DNA of 64,000 nucleotides from positions 1,098,040-1,162,039 of the forward strand of contig BOKR01000001.1 in the NCBI GenBank assembly GCA_016861085.1, given 5' to 3'. Shown here one piece after another: positions 28,553 to 37,977 of the stretch. Made by a program: the position numbers and the translations under genes. How positions within the stretch are numbered: the stretch's first letter is position 1; each line of letters opens with the position of its first letter. Under the pieces are notes generated by a model. It saw only the letters and a list, made by a program, of their open reading frames with translations, was not told where the DNA came from and did no database searches. The stretch is from Patescibacteria group bacterium (GTDB lineage: Bacteria > Patescibacteriota > Microgenomatia > UBA1400 > PJMF01).

Positions 28553-28635
28553 CCATAGCTAGTAAATCTGCCCTTGGGAGTGTTGTTTTACTTCCAAACT
28601 CACAAATTTGAAAAAACTAGAAGTCTGCAAACAAC

Positions 28636-30177
28636 ATGCAAGTGATTGAGGTGCAAGAAAACCAAATAAAAGAAATCTGGGCAAGAGCGTGCGCACAGCT
28701 TGAAATACAGCTTTCTTCTGCTGTTTTTAATACTTGGATTGCTGCAAATCCTCTTACTAAATTGGAATATGGTGAAGAAAATACTTGCTTAGCTACAATT
28801 AGTAGCCCAACCGCATTCCATTCTACGAATCTTAAAAAAAATTTACATATCCCAATTAAGCAAGTCCTAGATAAAATTACTGGGAAAAACTGCGACATTC
28901 AGTATATTGTGGGGTCAACGAGTCCAAATATTCCCCAACAAGGATTTTCTACAATTCGCTCTTCCATTCAACCAGAATTACAACAAACAGAGCTGTCTGT
29001 TAATCAAACGGTCAACTCTGTATTCAATCAATCATTTTCTACTGATAAACAAACCAATTCTACTCAATCACCTCGAGTGGAAGATTTGTTTTCGCAAAAT
29101 AATTTAATTTCTGCTTCTGAAGATCGTGTTCAAGCTATTTCTAAAAGAATTGGGTTAAGAACTGATTTTACTTTTCAAACCTATGCTGTTTCACCTACAA
29201 ATGAAATGGCTCACGCTGCTGCACGAGCAGTCTCAGATCGTCCTGGAGTAGCTTATAATCCCCTTTTTCTTTATGGAGGTGTTGGAGTTGGTAAAACACA
29301 TCTCATGCACGCTATTGGAAACAACATTTTACGAAGCAACCAAGATGCAAAAATCTTATATTGTACAGGCGAAGAGTTCACTAATGAAATCGTTCAGGCT
29401 ATTCAAAGAAAACAAACTGGAGGTTTTAAAAGCAAATATAGAAATACAAACGTACTTTTAATTGATGATATTCAGTTTATTGCTGGTAAAGAAGCTGTTC
29501 AAGAAGAATTTTTTCATACTTTTAATGCGCTAACACAAATGCAAAGTCAAATAGTGTTAACCTCAGACAGACCTCCTCGAGATATGACCCTATTAGTAGA
29601 TCGACTTCGTTCCCGTTTTGAAGCTGGGCTGATGATTGATATTGGACAACCTTCAGATGAACTTCGTGCCGCTATTTTATTGGTTAAAGCAAGAGCTGCC
29701 AATTTACTTATCCCAACAGATCTCGCCAGAATAATTGTCTCAAAAGTTGACTCCGCTCGAAAAATTGAAGGTGTTATTAAAAGTATTCGTTCCGAAGTTG
29801 AGTTAAAGGGAAAACCCATTAGTCCTGAATTAATTGCTCAAATATTGGCTAGTGAAACTCCAGAAAAAAAATCGCTTCTTCGAGTTTCACCCTCTGACGT
29901 TATCAAAACTGTTGCCGACCACTATAAACTCAAACAAACAGCTCTTAAGGGACAAAGAAGAGTTAAATCTCTTGTTATTGCCAGACATATAGCAATGTTT
30001 TTACTCAAAAACGAGCTAGACCTCCCATTAGTTGAGATTGGCCGTTGGTTTAGTGGCAGAGATCATACTTCAGTACTTCACGCAGTTAAAAAGATTGAAA
30101 AAGATCTTGCAACTGATGAAATAATTAGGCGCGATATAGCAAACATAAGACTCACTCTTACTGCTGCTTCCAAGTGA
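28636..30177 (+). CDS. dnaA: Chromosomal replication initiator DnaA
   Basis: AAA+ domain GGVGVGKTHLMHAIGN, box VII/sensor motifs and a C-terminal domain IV (VARHIAMFLLKNELDLPLVEIGRWFSGRDHTSVLHAVKKIE). Confidence 0.95.
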   Translation: MQVIEVQENQIKEIWARACAQLEIQLSSAVFNTWIAANPLTKLEYGEENTCLATISSPTAFHSTNLKKNLHIPIKQVLDKITGKNCDIQYIVGSTSPNIPQQGFSTIRSSIQPELQQTELSVNQTVNSVFNQSFSTDKQTNSTQSPRVEDLFSQNNLISASEDRVQAISKRIGLRTDFTFQTYAVSPTNEMAHAAARAVSDRPGVAYNPLFLYGGVGVGKTHLMHAIGNNILRSNQDAKILYCTGEEFTNEIVQAIQRKQTGGFKSKYRNTNVLLIDDIQFIAGKEAVQEEFFHTFNALTQMQSQIVLTSDRPPRDMTLLVDRLRSRFEAGLMIDIGQPSDELRAAILLVKARAANLLIPTDLARIIVSKVDSARKIEGVIKSIRSEVELKGKPISPELIAQILASETPEKKSLLRVSPSDVIKTVADHYKLKQTALKGQRRVKSLVIARHIAMFLLKNELDLPLVEIGRWFSGRDHTSVLHAVKKIEKDLATDEIIRRDIANIRLTLTAASK

Positions 30178-30454
30178 GTTTTTCACAACTGTGGATAACT
30201 CTGTGAATAAATAGTGTATAAATATGTGAATTAGTGTGAATAAAAAAAGTGAAATGTTGATAACTAATTACTTGTTAACAATTAAGGCACATAAATTCAC
30301 AACCATTATTAACATAAGAAAACCAGTAAAAAACACATATAATTCACACCATTATACTTGAGAAAAGTACCCGTAGTTATCCACGAAAGTGAGATGCCCT
30401 ACTACTAAAACTACTAGATATTTATATAATTACAACTAAACAAGGATCTCAAAC
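30178..30454 (+). other. oriC candidate: DnaA-box cluster plus AT-rich unwinding region between dnaA and dnaN
   Basis: TGTGGATAA (30190-30198), TGTGAATAA (30202-30210 and 30235-30243), TGTTGATAA (30255-30263), TTATCCACg (30377-30385). Very AT-rich between 30211 and 30360. Confidence 0.7.
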
Positions 30455-31564
30455 ATGAAATTAAAAGTACTACAAGAAAACCTTAATGGTTCACTCGCTC
30501 ATCTTTCAAAAGCTATCCCTAATAATCCCCAGCTTCCTGTTCTATCTTCAGTACTTATAACAACAGAAAATGGAATCTGTACTTTTAGTGCAACAGACTT
30601 GTATTTTGGAATTCGTTGTAGTTTGGTTGTAGACAGTGAAACTGATGGGTCTATCGTAGTTCCAGGGAAACAATTTAGAGAGATAGTTTCTTCTCTTGAT
30701 CCTGGAGTTTTAGAGCTTCTTTTTAAAGACAATTCACTTGCGATTGCAAATACAAAAACGAATATCTCTTTAGCTGGCTCATCCACACATGAATATCCTC
30801 CTTTTCCTCAAGTAGAAGGAGAAGAATATGTGTTTCCAATAGAATATTTAGAACAGATTGAAAACAACATCATCTTTAGTGCTTCAACAGATCAAGCAAG
30901 GCCTGTTTTAACTGCAGTACTATTCGTGTTTAATAATTCCGGTTTAACTTGTGTCAGCACAGACGGGTTTAGACTTTCAACGCTTATTGTTGATGATACC
31001 CAAAAATTTGAATCAAAAACATTCCTTATTCCAGCAAAAGCGCTCAGTGAAGTGTTTAAGATTGCTAGTAAACTTAAAGTGAAGGAAGTCCGTTTTAAGG
31101 TGTCTCAAGAACTAAAGCAAGTATTCTTTTCACTAGAAGGAGTTGAAGTTTTTGTAAGACTTATAGAAGGAGAATATCCACCTTATGAACGAATTATCCC
31201 TTCTTCTTTTACAACAGAAGTTGTTTTTGATACTGCTGAATTACTAGAAGCTCTTAAAAGAGCAATGATTTTTGCCAGAGAATCATCAAATATCGTCCGA
31301 TTTGAGATTTCTGAAAATAAAGTAATAATACACTCATCATCCCCTTCATTTGGGCAATATAAAGGCGAATTGCAGTTAGTCACTATTTCTGGAGAACAAA
31401 ATGAAATTGCATTTAATATTAAATATTTACTTGACTATTTGAGTGTCACTAAATCTGAAAAACAGTGGTTTGGTATGAGCGAAAGTTTAAAGCCTGCCCT
31501 GTTTATACCAGAAAATAATAAAAAACAAAGCTATGTTGTTATGCCATTTAAAGTAAATAATTAG
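30455..31564 (+). CDS. dnaN: DNA polymerase III beta sliding clamp
   Basis: Directly downstream of dnaA. Three-domain clamp of typical length (MKLKVLQENL...). The ARPVLTAVLF...TDGFRLS segment is characteristic. Confidence 0.9.
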   Translation: MKLKVLQENLNGSLAHLSKAIPNNPQLPVLSSVLITTENGICTFSATDLYFGIRCSLVVDSETDGSIVVPGKQFREIVSSLDPGVLELLFKDNSLAIANTKTNISLAGSSTHEYPPFPQVEGEEYVFPIEYLEQIENNIIFSASTDQARPVLTAVLFVFNNSGLTCVSTDGFRLSTLIVDDTQKFESKTFLIPAKALSEVFKIASKLKVKEVRFKVSQELKQVFFSLEGVEVFVRLIEGEYPPYERIIPSSFTTEVVFDTAELLEALKRAMIFARESSNIVRFEISENKVIIHSSSPSFGQYKGELQLVTISGEQNEIAFNIKYLLDYLSVTKSEKQWFGMSESLKPALFIPENNKKQSYVVMPFKVNN

Positions 31565-31634
31565 AATATTTAGAGCCTTTTAAAGAATTTTTTTTCTGGT
31601 ACAATAGCATCCTCACGAATAGAAAGTTACAAGT

Positions 31635-31784
31635 ATGAAAAGAACTTGGAATCCAAAAAAACGCAAAAGAATTAGAAAACATGGCTTCATGAAGAGAATG
31701 GCCACCCTTTCTGGAAGAAACGTTCTCAAAAGAAGACGTTCTAAAGGCAGAAAAAGCCTAGCTGTTGCTAAAAAACAAAAATAA
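31635..31784 (+). CDS. rpmH: 50S ribosomal protein L34 (49 aa; below the ORF-track length cutoff)
   Basis: Translation [49 protein letters not shown] matches the L34 consensus (MKRTYQPS...HGFR.RM.T..GR.VL..RR.KGRK.L). Confidence 0.9.
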   Translation: MKRTWNPKKRKRIRKHGFMKRMATLSGRNVLKRRRSKGRKSLAVAKKQK

Positions 31785-31797
31785 AACTAAATAAAGG

Positions 31798-32133
31798 TTG
31801 TCAGTGTTGAGCAAGCAATTTAAATTACATTTGCGTCAAGAAACAGATTTTTTTTTACATTGCAAAAAAGTTCACTCCCCCTATTTTAGTTTATTTTATA
31901 CGGAATCAGAACAGTTCCAGATAACAGTGGTAGTTTCAAAAAAAATCTGTAAGTTAGCAACACAAAGAAACGCTGTTAAGAGAAGGTATACAAGTGCTCT
32001 ACAAGATCTTCTTGAAGAATTGCGTCAATTGAAAATTAAAGTAGCAATAGTTGTGCATGAAAAGGGTATTTCCTTGTCCGTAGCAGAAATTGCACAACAT
32101 ATTAAAATAAATGTACAAAAAATACGGATATAA
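31798..32133 (+). CDS. rnpA: RNase P protein component (TTG start)
   Basis: Basic protein. ATQRNAVKRRYTSAL aligns to the RnpA RNR-like motif (KKAVKRNRVKR). Canonical position after rpmH. Confidence 0.8.
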   Translation: MSVLSKQFKLHLRQETDFFLHCKKVHSPYFSLFYTESEQFQITVVVSKKICKLATQRNAVKRRYTSALQDLLEELRQLKIKVAIVVHEKGISLSVAEIAQHIKINVQKIRI

Positions 32134-32320
32134 ATTTTTATTTTTCATCTACCAAGCAGGTAGACAAATGAGGTATTTTCTGTTAAAAAGTGTTTTTGGT
32201 ATAGTGATTCATTGTAAACACACCCCAACTTGCGGTACATATCTGTTTCAGCAAATAAAAAAACGAGGGATGTTTTTAGGATTAGTATTAGGATTGAAAC
32301 GAGTTGCTACCTGTTGGTAG
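32111..32320 (+). CDS. yidD: Membrane protein insertion efficiency factor YidD
   Basis: CKHTPTCGTYLFQQIKKRGMFLGLVLGLKRVATC matches the YidD C(R/K)(F/h)xPTC(S/G)xY...G...G...R...C signature. Overlaps the rnpA 3' end. Confidence 0.7.
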   Translation: MYKKYGYKFLFFIYQAGRQMRYFLLKSVFGIVIHCKHTPTCGTYLFQQIKKRGMFLGLVLGLKRVATCW

Positions 32321-33098
32321 TAACATAGTAAGGACACACATGGAATTTATTACTCAAGGCTTTCAACAGTTATTAATGTTCTTAGTTGAAACGACTGGTT
32401 CACTTGGTTGGGCAATTATCGTTTTTACTTTTTTAGTGAGAAGCGCTCTTGTTCCAATCACTCTCCCCTCTTTAAGATCTACAAAAAAGATGATGGAACT
32501 CCAGCCAGAAATGAAAAAGCTTCAAAAACTTCATGGAAAAGATAGACAAGCCTTACAACAAGCTCAACTTGAATTGTATAAAAAATATAATGTTAATCCC
32601 CTTGCAGGCTGTGTTCCACAGTTAGCACAGTTGGTTATTTTAATTTTGTTATATCAAGCGTTAATAAAATTTATTGAGACAAATGGTGGATTAATAGACA
32701 TGAATTTCTTCTGGCTCAACCTATCCATTCCTGACTCTAAATATATCCTTCCAATTCTTGCAGTTATTACACAGTTAGTTCTTTCTTTAATGATTGCCCC
32801 AGGAGCTGAAACTCCAGATTTAGTTGCAAACAAATCTAAATCTAAAAAAATTCAAAAAGCAAATGAAAAAGAAGAAGATACTGCAGACATGGCCAGATCA
32901 ATGCAACAGCAAATGATGTTTATCATGCCATTAATGACAGGATTTATTGCGTTGCGATTCCCTTCTGGATTGGCATTGTATTGGGTAGCAACGACAGTGT
33001 TTAGTATCGGGCAACAATGGTATATTTCTGGTCCAGGTGGATTAGTTACGTATGCAAAAAGGGCTCAAGTATTTATTACTGCAAAATTAGGTAAATAA
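32304..33098 (+). CDS. yidC: Membrane protein insertase YidC (short, Gram-positive-type)
   Basis: NPLAGCVPQLAQLVILILLYQAL (YidC NPLxGCLPxLiQxPi signature), multiple TM helices, a basic C-terminus. Confidence 0.9.
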   Translation: MLPVGSNIVRTHMEFITQGFQQLLMFLVETTGSLGWAIIVFTFLVRSALVPITLPSLRSTKKMMELQPEMKKLQKLHGKDRQALQQAQLELYKKYNVNPLAGCVPQLAQLVILILLYQALIKFIETNGGLIDMNFFWLNLSIPDSKYILPILAVITQLVLSLMIAPGAETPDLVANKSKSKKIQKANEKEEDTADMARSMQQQMMFIMPLMTGFIALRFPSGLALYWVATTVFSIGQQWYISGPGGLVTYAKRAQVFITAKLGK

Positions 33099-33109
33099 TA
33101 AGGAAAAAA

Positions 33110-33580
33110 ATGACAATTGAAACTTTTTTAACACAACTATGTGAACACTGCGGAGTCGCAAAAGAAGATATTAAACTTGATATAGAAAATTTAGAATCAG
33201 AAATAATTATTGATTTACATCTTCCAGAAGAAGATTCAGGAATCTTCATTGGGCACCATGGTGAAGGAATTGATTCTATACAAAGATTGTTGAGAATTAT
33301 TTTTCAAGACGATACATCAAAAGACACAGATAAAAAAATTACCCTTAATATAAATAACTATAGAGAAAAACGTTCAGATAGATTAAAAGATTTAACTTAC
33401 ACAATTGGAAATAAAGTACTTCAAACAGGTAATCCATATACATTTAATTCATATTTACCAGCTCACGAGCGGTTTATTGTTCACTCTACTCTTTCTGAAG
33501 AGCCAGGATTTGGAGAACTTGAAAGCGTTTCAAGTGGAGACGGCAGAAACAGAAAATTGACAATCCAATTAAAAAAATAA
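33110..33580 (+). CDS. jag: Jag/KhpB-like RNA-binding protein (Jag_N + KH + R3H)
   Basis: Canonical position after yidC. The C-terminal R3H-like segment is FNSYLPAHERFIVHSTLSEEPGF. Confidence 0.75.
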   Translation: MTIETFLTQLCEHCGVAKEDIKLDIENLESEIIIDLHLPEEDSGIFIGHHGEGIDSIQRLLRIIFQDDTSKDTDKKITLNINNYREKRSDRLKDLTYTIGNKVLQTGNPYTFNSYLPAHERFIVHSTLSEEPGFGELESVSSGDGRNRKLTIQLKK

Positions 33581-33581
33581 T

Positions 33582-33995
33582 ATGAGATACCAAATTTACA
33601 CAGATGGTGGTTCTAGAGGTAATCCAGGAGACGCAGCCATTGGCGGTGTTGTATATGGTTTAAAAAAAGAGATAGTTTTTGAATTTTCAAAATACATTGG
33701 TGTTGCAACAAATAATGAAGCAGAATATACAGCAGTATTAACGGCACTTGAGTGGGCTTTACAACATACAACAGGTGTAGAAGCTATTGATTTTAATTTA
33801 GATTCAAAACTTGTTGTTGAGCAAATGAATAAAAAGTGGAAAATTAAAGAGCCAAGAATGTTGGTTCTAGCTCAAAAGTGTTGGGATTTAATTAAAGAAT
33901 TAGGAATTGAAGTAACGTTTTCACACGTCATGCGCGAAAAAAATAAAGAAGCAGATTTATTAGTTAATCAGGCGCTTGATGCACATCAACAGTAA
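33582..33995 (+). CDS. rnhA: Ribonuclease HI
   Basis: IYTDGGSRGNPGDAAIGGV, NNEAEYTAVLTALEWAL and HVMREKNKEADLLVNQA match the RNase H type 1 catalytic motifs. Confidence 0.9.
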   Translation: MRYQIYTDGGSRGNPGDAAIGGVVYGLKKEIVFEFSKYIGVATNNEAEYTAVLTALEWALQHTTGVEAIDFNLDSKLVVEQMNKKWKIKEPRMLVLAQKCWDLIKELGIEVTFSHVMREKNKEADLLVNQALDAHQQ

Positions 33996-34047
33996 TTGAT
34001 ACACAAAAAACCTCTTTAACTCTCTTCAGCTTTTTTTTACAATAAAA

Positions 34048-36969
34048 ATGATGTCTAGACTTGTAACCCAACTGGTCGCTGAAGAACCAGCGGTTGTTTT
34101 ATTGGGAGAAGATACTATTTTGAGAAAAACAGTTGCTTCTGTTTTAAATGACCAGAATGTACTGGTTGAATTTTTGTCAGCAAGTACTCTTTCTCAAAAT
34201 ATCACCAAACTGCAAAATGCATATAAAATTGTTTGGATTTGTGATCGAGAAAAAAAATCAGAAGAATATGCAGAGGGTTTTCAGTATCTTTCTCAATTTT
34301 CTTCAAAAGTTTTACTTGTTGTACCTATTTTTACCGGAGTTAATTCATGTCAAAGTGACATGTTGCAACGTTGGGTTATAGATACTCAAAAACAAGAACA
34401 GTTTATTGTTGATTGTAATTACTACTTGCAGTCTTCAAGCTTTCTTTTTGGAGAAAATATTATTGGTAATAATAATGATATATCAATATTTAATTATTTG
34501 TTTAACACAATACAAAAAAATATTTTAGTAGATCCATTAATAGATATCTCTTTTATAAGTCTTGATGATTTTGTTACCCAAATAGCTTCGCTTATCTTTG
34601 TTCCTAAAAAACAAGTTAGTAGCCTAATTACTGGAAAAGCAGTAAATAGTATAAGTTTCATTAGTCTAGTTAAAAAATTATATGATGCATATCACAACAC
34701 TAACTTAGAGATAGTTCAGGATAAAATTAGTAAGTCTCAAAGCATTCCTTTTTCAGTTCAAGAAAAACAGATTCAGACAGATATACGAACCATTGCAACT
34801 TACTTGGTTAAAAAGTTACCCGCACCAACTAAAAAAGAGGAAGTTTCTGTAAAAGTTCCCTTTCCTCAACCTGTACTAGAGACTGTCCCAATTCAAAAAC
34901 AAACTTTTACAGAAGAGATCCCTATAAACTTAATAACCCCAGAACCAATTGGAGTGCAACAAGTCGAATCAAAATCACAGCAACAGCCAGCTGTAGAACC
35001 AGAAATTAAACCAGCCTTAGAAGAGGTTGACCTCAATAAAGAAATTCAAAGAATTTTTAAAGACACAAGAACAGAACAAAAAGTTGAGAGAGTTGAAAAA
35101 ATTGTTAAATCAACTAAGACTATTACTAAAAAATCAAAACGCAAAACAAAGTTATTTTATGGTGGTTTACTTGCCATTGGTATGGCAGTAGGAATGATAG
35201 TGTTGGCTTTTACTTATCTAGTATCAGGTTCAATATTAAAAAAACAAATAATTAGTTTTTTAACAGAAACAGCAACTACTCAATCTTTAGCAACTTCTCC
35301 TGGAGTATCGCTAATAAAAACTGCAGATTTTGTAAATTCTCAAACAGAACTGTATAGCCAAATAATTGAATTGGCTGTAATTGCTCAAAATTCTGTTCTA
35401 GTAAATTTAACCAAAGGATTTGTAGAACTTCCAGAAGTTTTACTGAGAGCCGATGAGGCTTCAAAAAACCTTGTTATTAATATTCTAACTGGAACTATCG
35501 GAAACACAGGTGAATTGACCGAAATACTCACTCAGAGCGTCTCGGAGGCCTATGAAAAGCTTTCGCTTATTCAAGCAACCTTAGAGCAAATCGATTTGGG
35601 TGAAAATTCAGAAAAACAACAAACTGTTATTGAACAAATCGGAAAAGAAATTCAAGATATTCGATATGGACTCGAAATACATCAAGAATTACAGCAAATA
35701 CTTCCAGAAATGGTTGGAATACACGAAAAAAGAACCTATGCTCTACTCTTGCAAAATAACCAAGAACTCAGACCAACTGGCGGGTTTATTCAGGCAATTG
35801 CCCTCCTTAACTTTGATAAGGGCAGTTTAGTTTCTTATCAAGTTTATTCTGTTTATGAGTTAGATAAAAAACTTCCTGGACAAGTTGTTCCTCCAGACGA
35901 AATAAAACTACATCTTGGAGAAACAAATTGGTTTTTAAGGGATAGTAATTGGGATCCGGATTTTTCTAGAACAAGCAAACAAGTAACTTGGTTTTTAGAA
36001 AAAGCTCTTGGAGTACAAGTTGATGGAGTTATTTCCTTAAATGTATTCAGTCTTGAGGACCTTTTAAAGGCCGTAGGGCCCATTGACCTCCCTGAATATA
36101 ACGAAGTTATAACAGATAAAAATATTGAAGAGCGTATGGAATTTCATTCAGAAGTGGTTCTAGTAGATTCCCCTGAAGCAGTTGACTATTCGGTAAAAAT
36201 TCTTTCAGAAACTCTTGCTGCTCTATCAGCCTTAAAAGAAGAAAATGTACAAACTCTTCTCTCTGGGTTAAATAATTCCCTTGAAACAAAACAGACACAG
36301 ATCTATTCTCGATTTGAAAGTGAACAATCCATACTGCAGACACTTGGTTGGGCCGGTGTTTTGACTCAACCCTCCTGCCCTTCTCGATTAAGCGTAGTTG
36401 ATTGTTTAGTGGATACAATGACCCAGGTTGAAGCAAATATCGGGATAAATAAAGCGAATTATTATCTTGAAAGGTCTATTAATCATAAAATTTCTGTTTC
36501 AAAAACAGAGGCACAGCATGTGAGAACAATTGTTTTTAATAATAAAGCTCAATCAAACTCCTGGCCAAAAGGCACATATAAAACATATCTTAGATTTTAT
36601 GTAAATTCTAATTCAAAAATAGAAAAAGTATTGATAAATGGCTCAGAATTAACCATAAATCAAATTTTTCAGACACAAGAGAATGGATTTGATGTTGTCG
36701 GAGTAAGAGTTGATGTGCCAATTCAAAAACAAATCACCGTAGAACTTGTCTACTCTACCCCATTAAGTACAAATGAAGCTTTTTCATATGTCTTTTATAA
36801 CAGAAAACAGTCTGGTCTAGATGACGATCCATTTTCTGTGAGCATTACACATACTCCAGATATTAAACCAGTATTGATTGCTCCAAGCGCTACAATTTCA
36901 GGTAATACAATAACCTTCTCTACTCTGTCTCTAGACGACGCTTCACTTTTTGGTGTCCAGTTTGAATAG
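34048..36969 (+). CDS. DUF4012-family membrane-anchored protein (973 aa) with a ~360-aa cytoplasmic N-terminal region
   Basis: Single TM (LFYGGLLAIGMAVGMIVLAFTYLV) followed by LLQNNQELRPTGGFIQAIALLNF, the DUF4012 signature (N.ElRptGGfiGs). Confidence 0.55.
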   Translation: MMSRLVTQLVAEEPAVVLLGEDTILRKTVASVLNDQNVLVEFLSASTLSQNITKLQNAYKIVWICDREKKSEEYAEGFQYLSQFSSKVLLVVPIFTGVNSCQSDMLQRWVIDTQKQEQFIVDCNYYLQSSSFLFGENIIGNNNDISIFNYLFNTIQKNILVDPLIDISFISLDDFVTQIASLIFVPKKQVSSLITGKAVNSISFISLVKKLYDAYHNTNLEIVQDKISKSQSIPFSVQEKQIQTDIRTIATYLVKKLPAPTKKEEVSVKVPFPQPVLETVPIQKQTFTEEIPINLITPEPIGVQQVESKSQQQPAVEPEIKPALEEVDLNKEIQRIFKDTRTEQKVERVEKIVKSTKTITKKSKRKTKLFYGGLLAIGMAVGMIVLAFTYLVSGSILKKQIISFLTETATTQSLATSPGVSLIKTADFVNSQTELYSQIIELAVIAQNSVLVNLTKGFVELPEVLLRADEASKNLVINILTGTIGNTGELTEILTQSVSEAYEKLSLIQATLEQIDLGENSEKQQTVIEQIGKEIQDIRYGLEIHQELQQILPEMVGIHEKRTYALLLQNNQELRPTGGFIQAIALLNFDKGSLVSYQVYSVYELDKKLPGQVVPPDEIKLHLGETNWFLRDSNWDPDFSRTSKQVTWFLEKALGVQVDGVISLNVFSLEDLLKAVGPIDLPEYNEVITDKNIEERMEFHSEVVLVDSPEAVDYSVKILSETLAALSALKEENVQTLLSGLNNSLETKQTQIYSRFESEQSILQTLGWAGVLTQPSCPSRLSVVDCLVDTMTQVEANIGINKANYYLERSINHKISVSKTEAQHVRTIVFNNKAQSNSWPKGTYKTYLRFYVNSNSKIEKVLINGSELTINQIFQTQENGFDVVGVRVDVPIQKQITVELVYSTPLSTNEAFSYVFYNRKQSGLDDDPFSVSITHTPDIKPVLIAPSATISGNTITFSTLSLDDASLFGVQFE

Positions 36970-37122
36970 CGATAAATCAACATATTTTGTTTATTGTTTT
37001 TGATAAGATTTTTTGATATTTTCAAGAAGACATATGGTTGTCGTGTGTATCCGAGGAAGGGTACGCCAGGTAAGAGATTTCACTTTTGGAAGGCCTGCGG
37101 GTAGAAGCGGAGCTGCAGGTAC

Positions 37123-37150
37123 TTGATATATGTCTCATTCGCTGTATACT
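37123..37150 (+). promoter_or_regulatory. Candidate rplY promoter (TTGATA-N16-TATACT) embedded in an 11/12-matched inverted repeat (37119-37130 / 37145-37156)
   Basis: gtacttgatata ... tatactaagtac. The two arms carry the -35-like and -10-like hexamers. Confidence 0.35.
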
Positions 37151-37214
37151 AAGTACGGTAGTAATTCTAGTGGGAAAAACACAAATTTTTTCCTAAGAAA
37201 GTAATACATACTAT

Positions 37215-37904
37215 ATGATAAGTTCTTCAGAGAAGGTTCTTTTTCACGTCTTTTCACGCGACGTAGCAGGCACAAGTTCTGCAAAGAAACTCAGAAAACA
37301 AGGAAAAGTAGTCGGGAACGTATATGGTCTGGGATCAGACTCTGTAGGCGTTTACATGGATAAAAATGCTATTAAAAAGCTTTATGCAGCACATGGTGAC
37401 ACTGGTTTAATTTACCTTCAAATCGGTGAATCAAAACAACAGGTGCCAGTCTTGATTTCAGATTATATGACCGATCCTTTTGGTGAAAATGTACTTAATG
37501 TAGCTTTTAGAAGGGTAGACCTTTCTGATCCAATTAAGGCGGAAGTATCAGTCTATATGGTTGGTGAAGCAAATATTCCAGAAGCTGTTGTTTCACTGGT
37601 TAAAGATAGTGTCGAAGTCGAGGCATTACCAGCCGATCTTCCAGATAAATTTGAGATTGATATATCAAGTCTTACTGAAATTGGCCAAACAATTAGTTTA
37701 GCAGACTTAGTCTATGATAAGAGCAAGGTAACATTAGTCCTTGAAGAAGATGAAAAACCAGAGGAAATCTTATTGGTCATTGTTCAAGAGATTGCTGGCG
37801 AAGTCGCCGAAGAGGAAACTCCAGAAACAGTTGTTGAAGGTGAGGTTTCTCAAGAAGAAGGGACTGCGGAAACAGCAGCTCCAGAAGAGAAAAAAACAGA
37901 ATAA
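37215..37904 (+). CDS. rplY: 50S ribosomal protein L25 / general stress protein Ctc, with an acidic C-terminal tail
   Basis: AKKLRKQGKVVGNVYG...VLISDYMTDPFGENVLNVAFRRVDLSDPIKAEV matches the L25/Ctc beta-barrel domain. Confidence 0.85.
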   Translation: MISSSEKVLFHVFSRDVAGTSSAKKLRKQGKVVGNVYGLGSDSVGVYMDKNAIKKLYAAHGDTGLIYLQIGESKQQVPVLISDYMTDPFGENVLNVAFRRVDLSDPIKAEVSVYMVGEANIPEAVVSLVKDSVEVEALPADLPDKFEIDISSLTEIGQTISLADLVYDKSKVTLVLEEDEKPEEILLVIVQEIAGEVAEEETPETVVEGEVSQEEGTAETAAPEEKKTE

Positions 37905-37929
37905 TTTTTTATTTGAAATAAATTAAAAA

Positions 37930-37956
37930 CCCCCGATTTTTATCGGGGGCTTTTTT
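37930..37956. terminator. Bidirectional Rho-independent terminator between rplY and the convergent minus-strand gene
   Basis: aaaaaCCCCCGATttttATCGGGGGcTTTTTT. Confidence 0.85.
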
Positions 37957-37977
37957 GTCTGATTCATTTACTATTTT

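Noticed and set aside
37041-37118. SRP (4.5S) RNA identity for the GC-rich segment upstream of rplY
   Set aside because: It only loosely resembles the SRP domain IV consensus (GGUCCGGAAGGAAGCAGCC). The match is too weak to call, so I kept it as an unclassified structured element.
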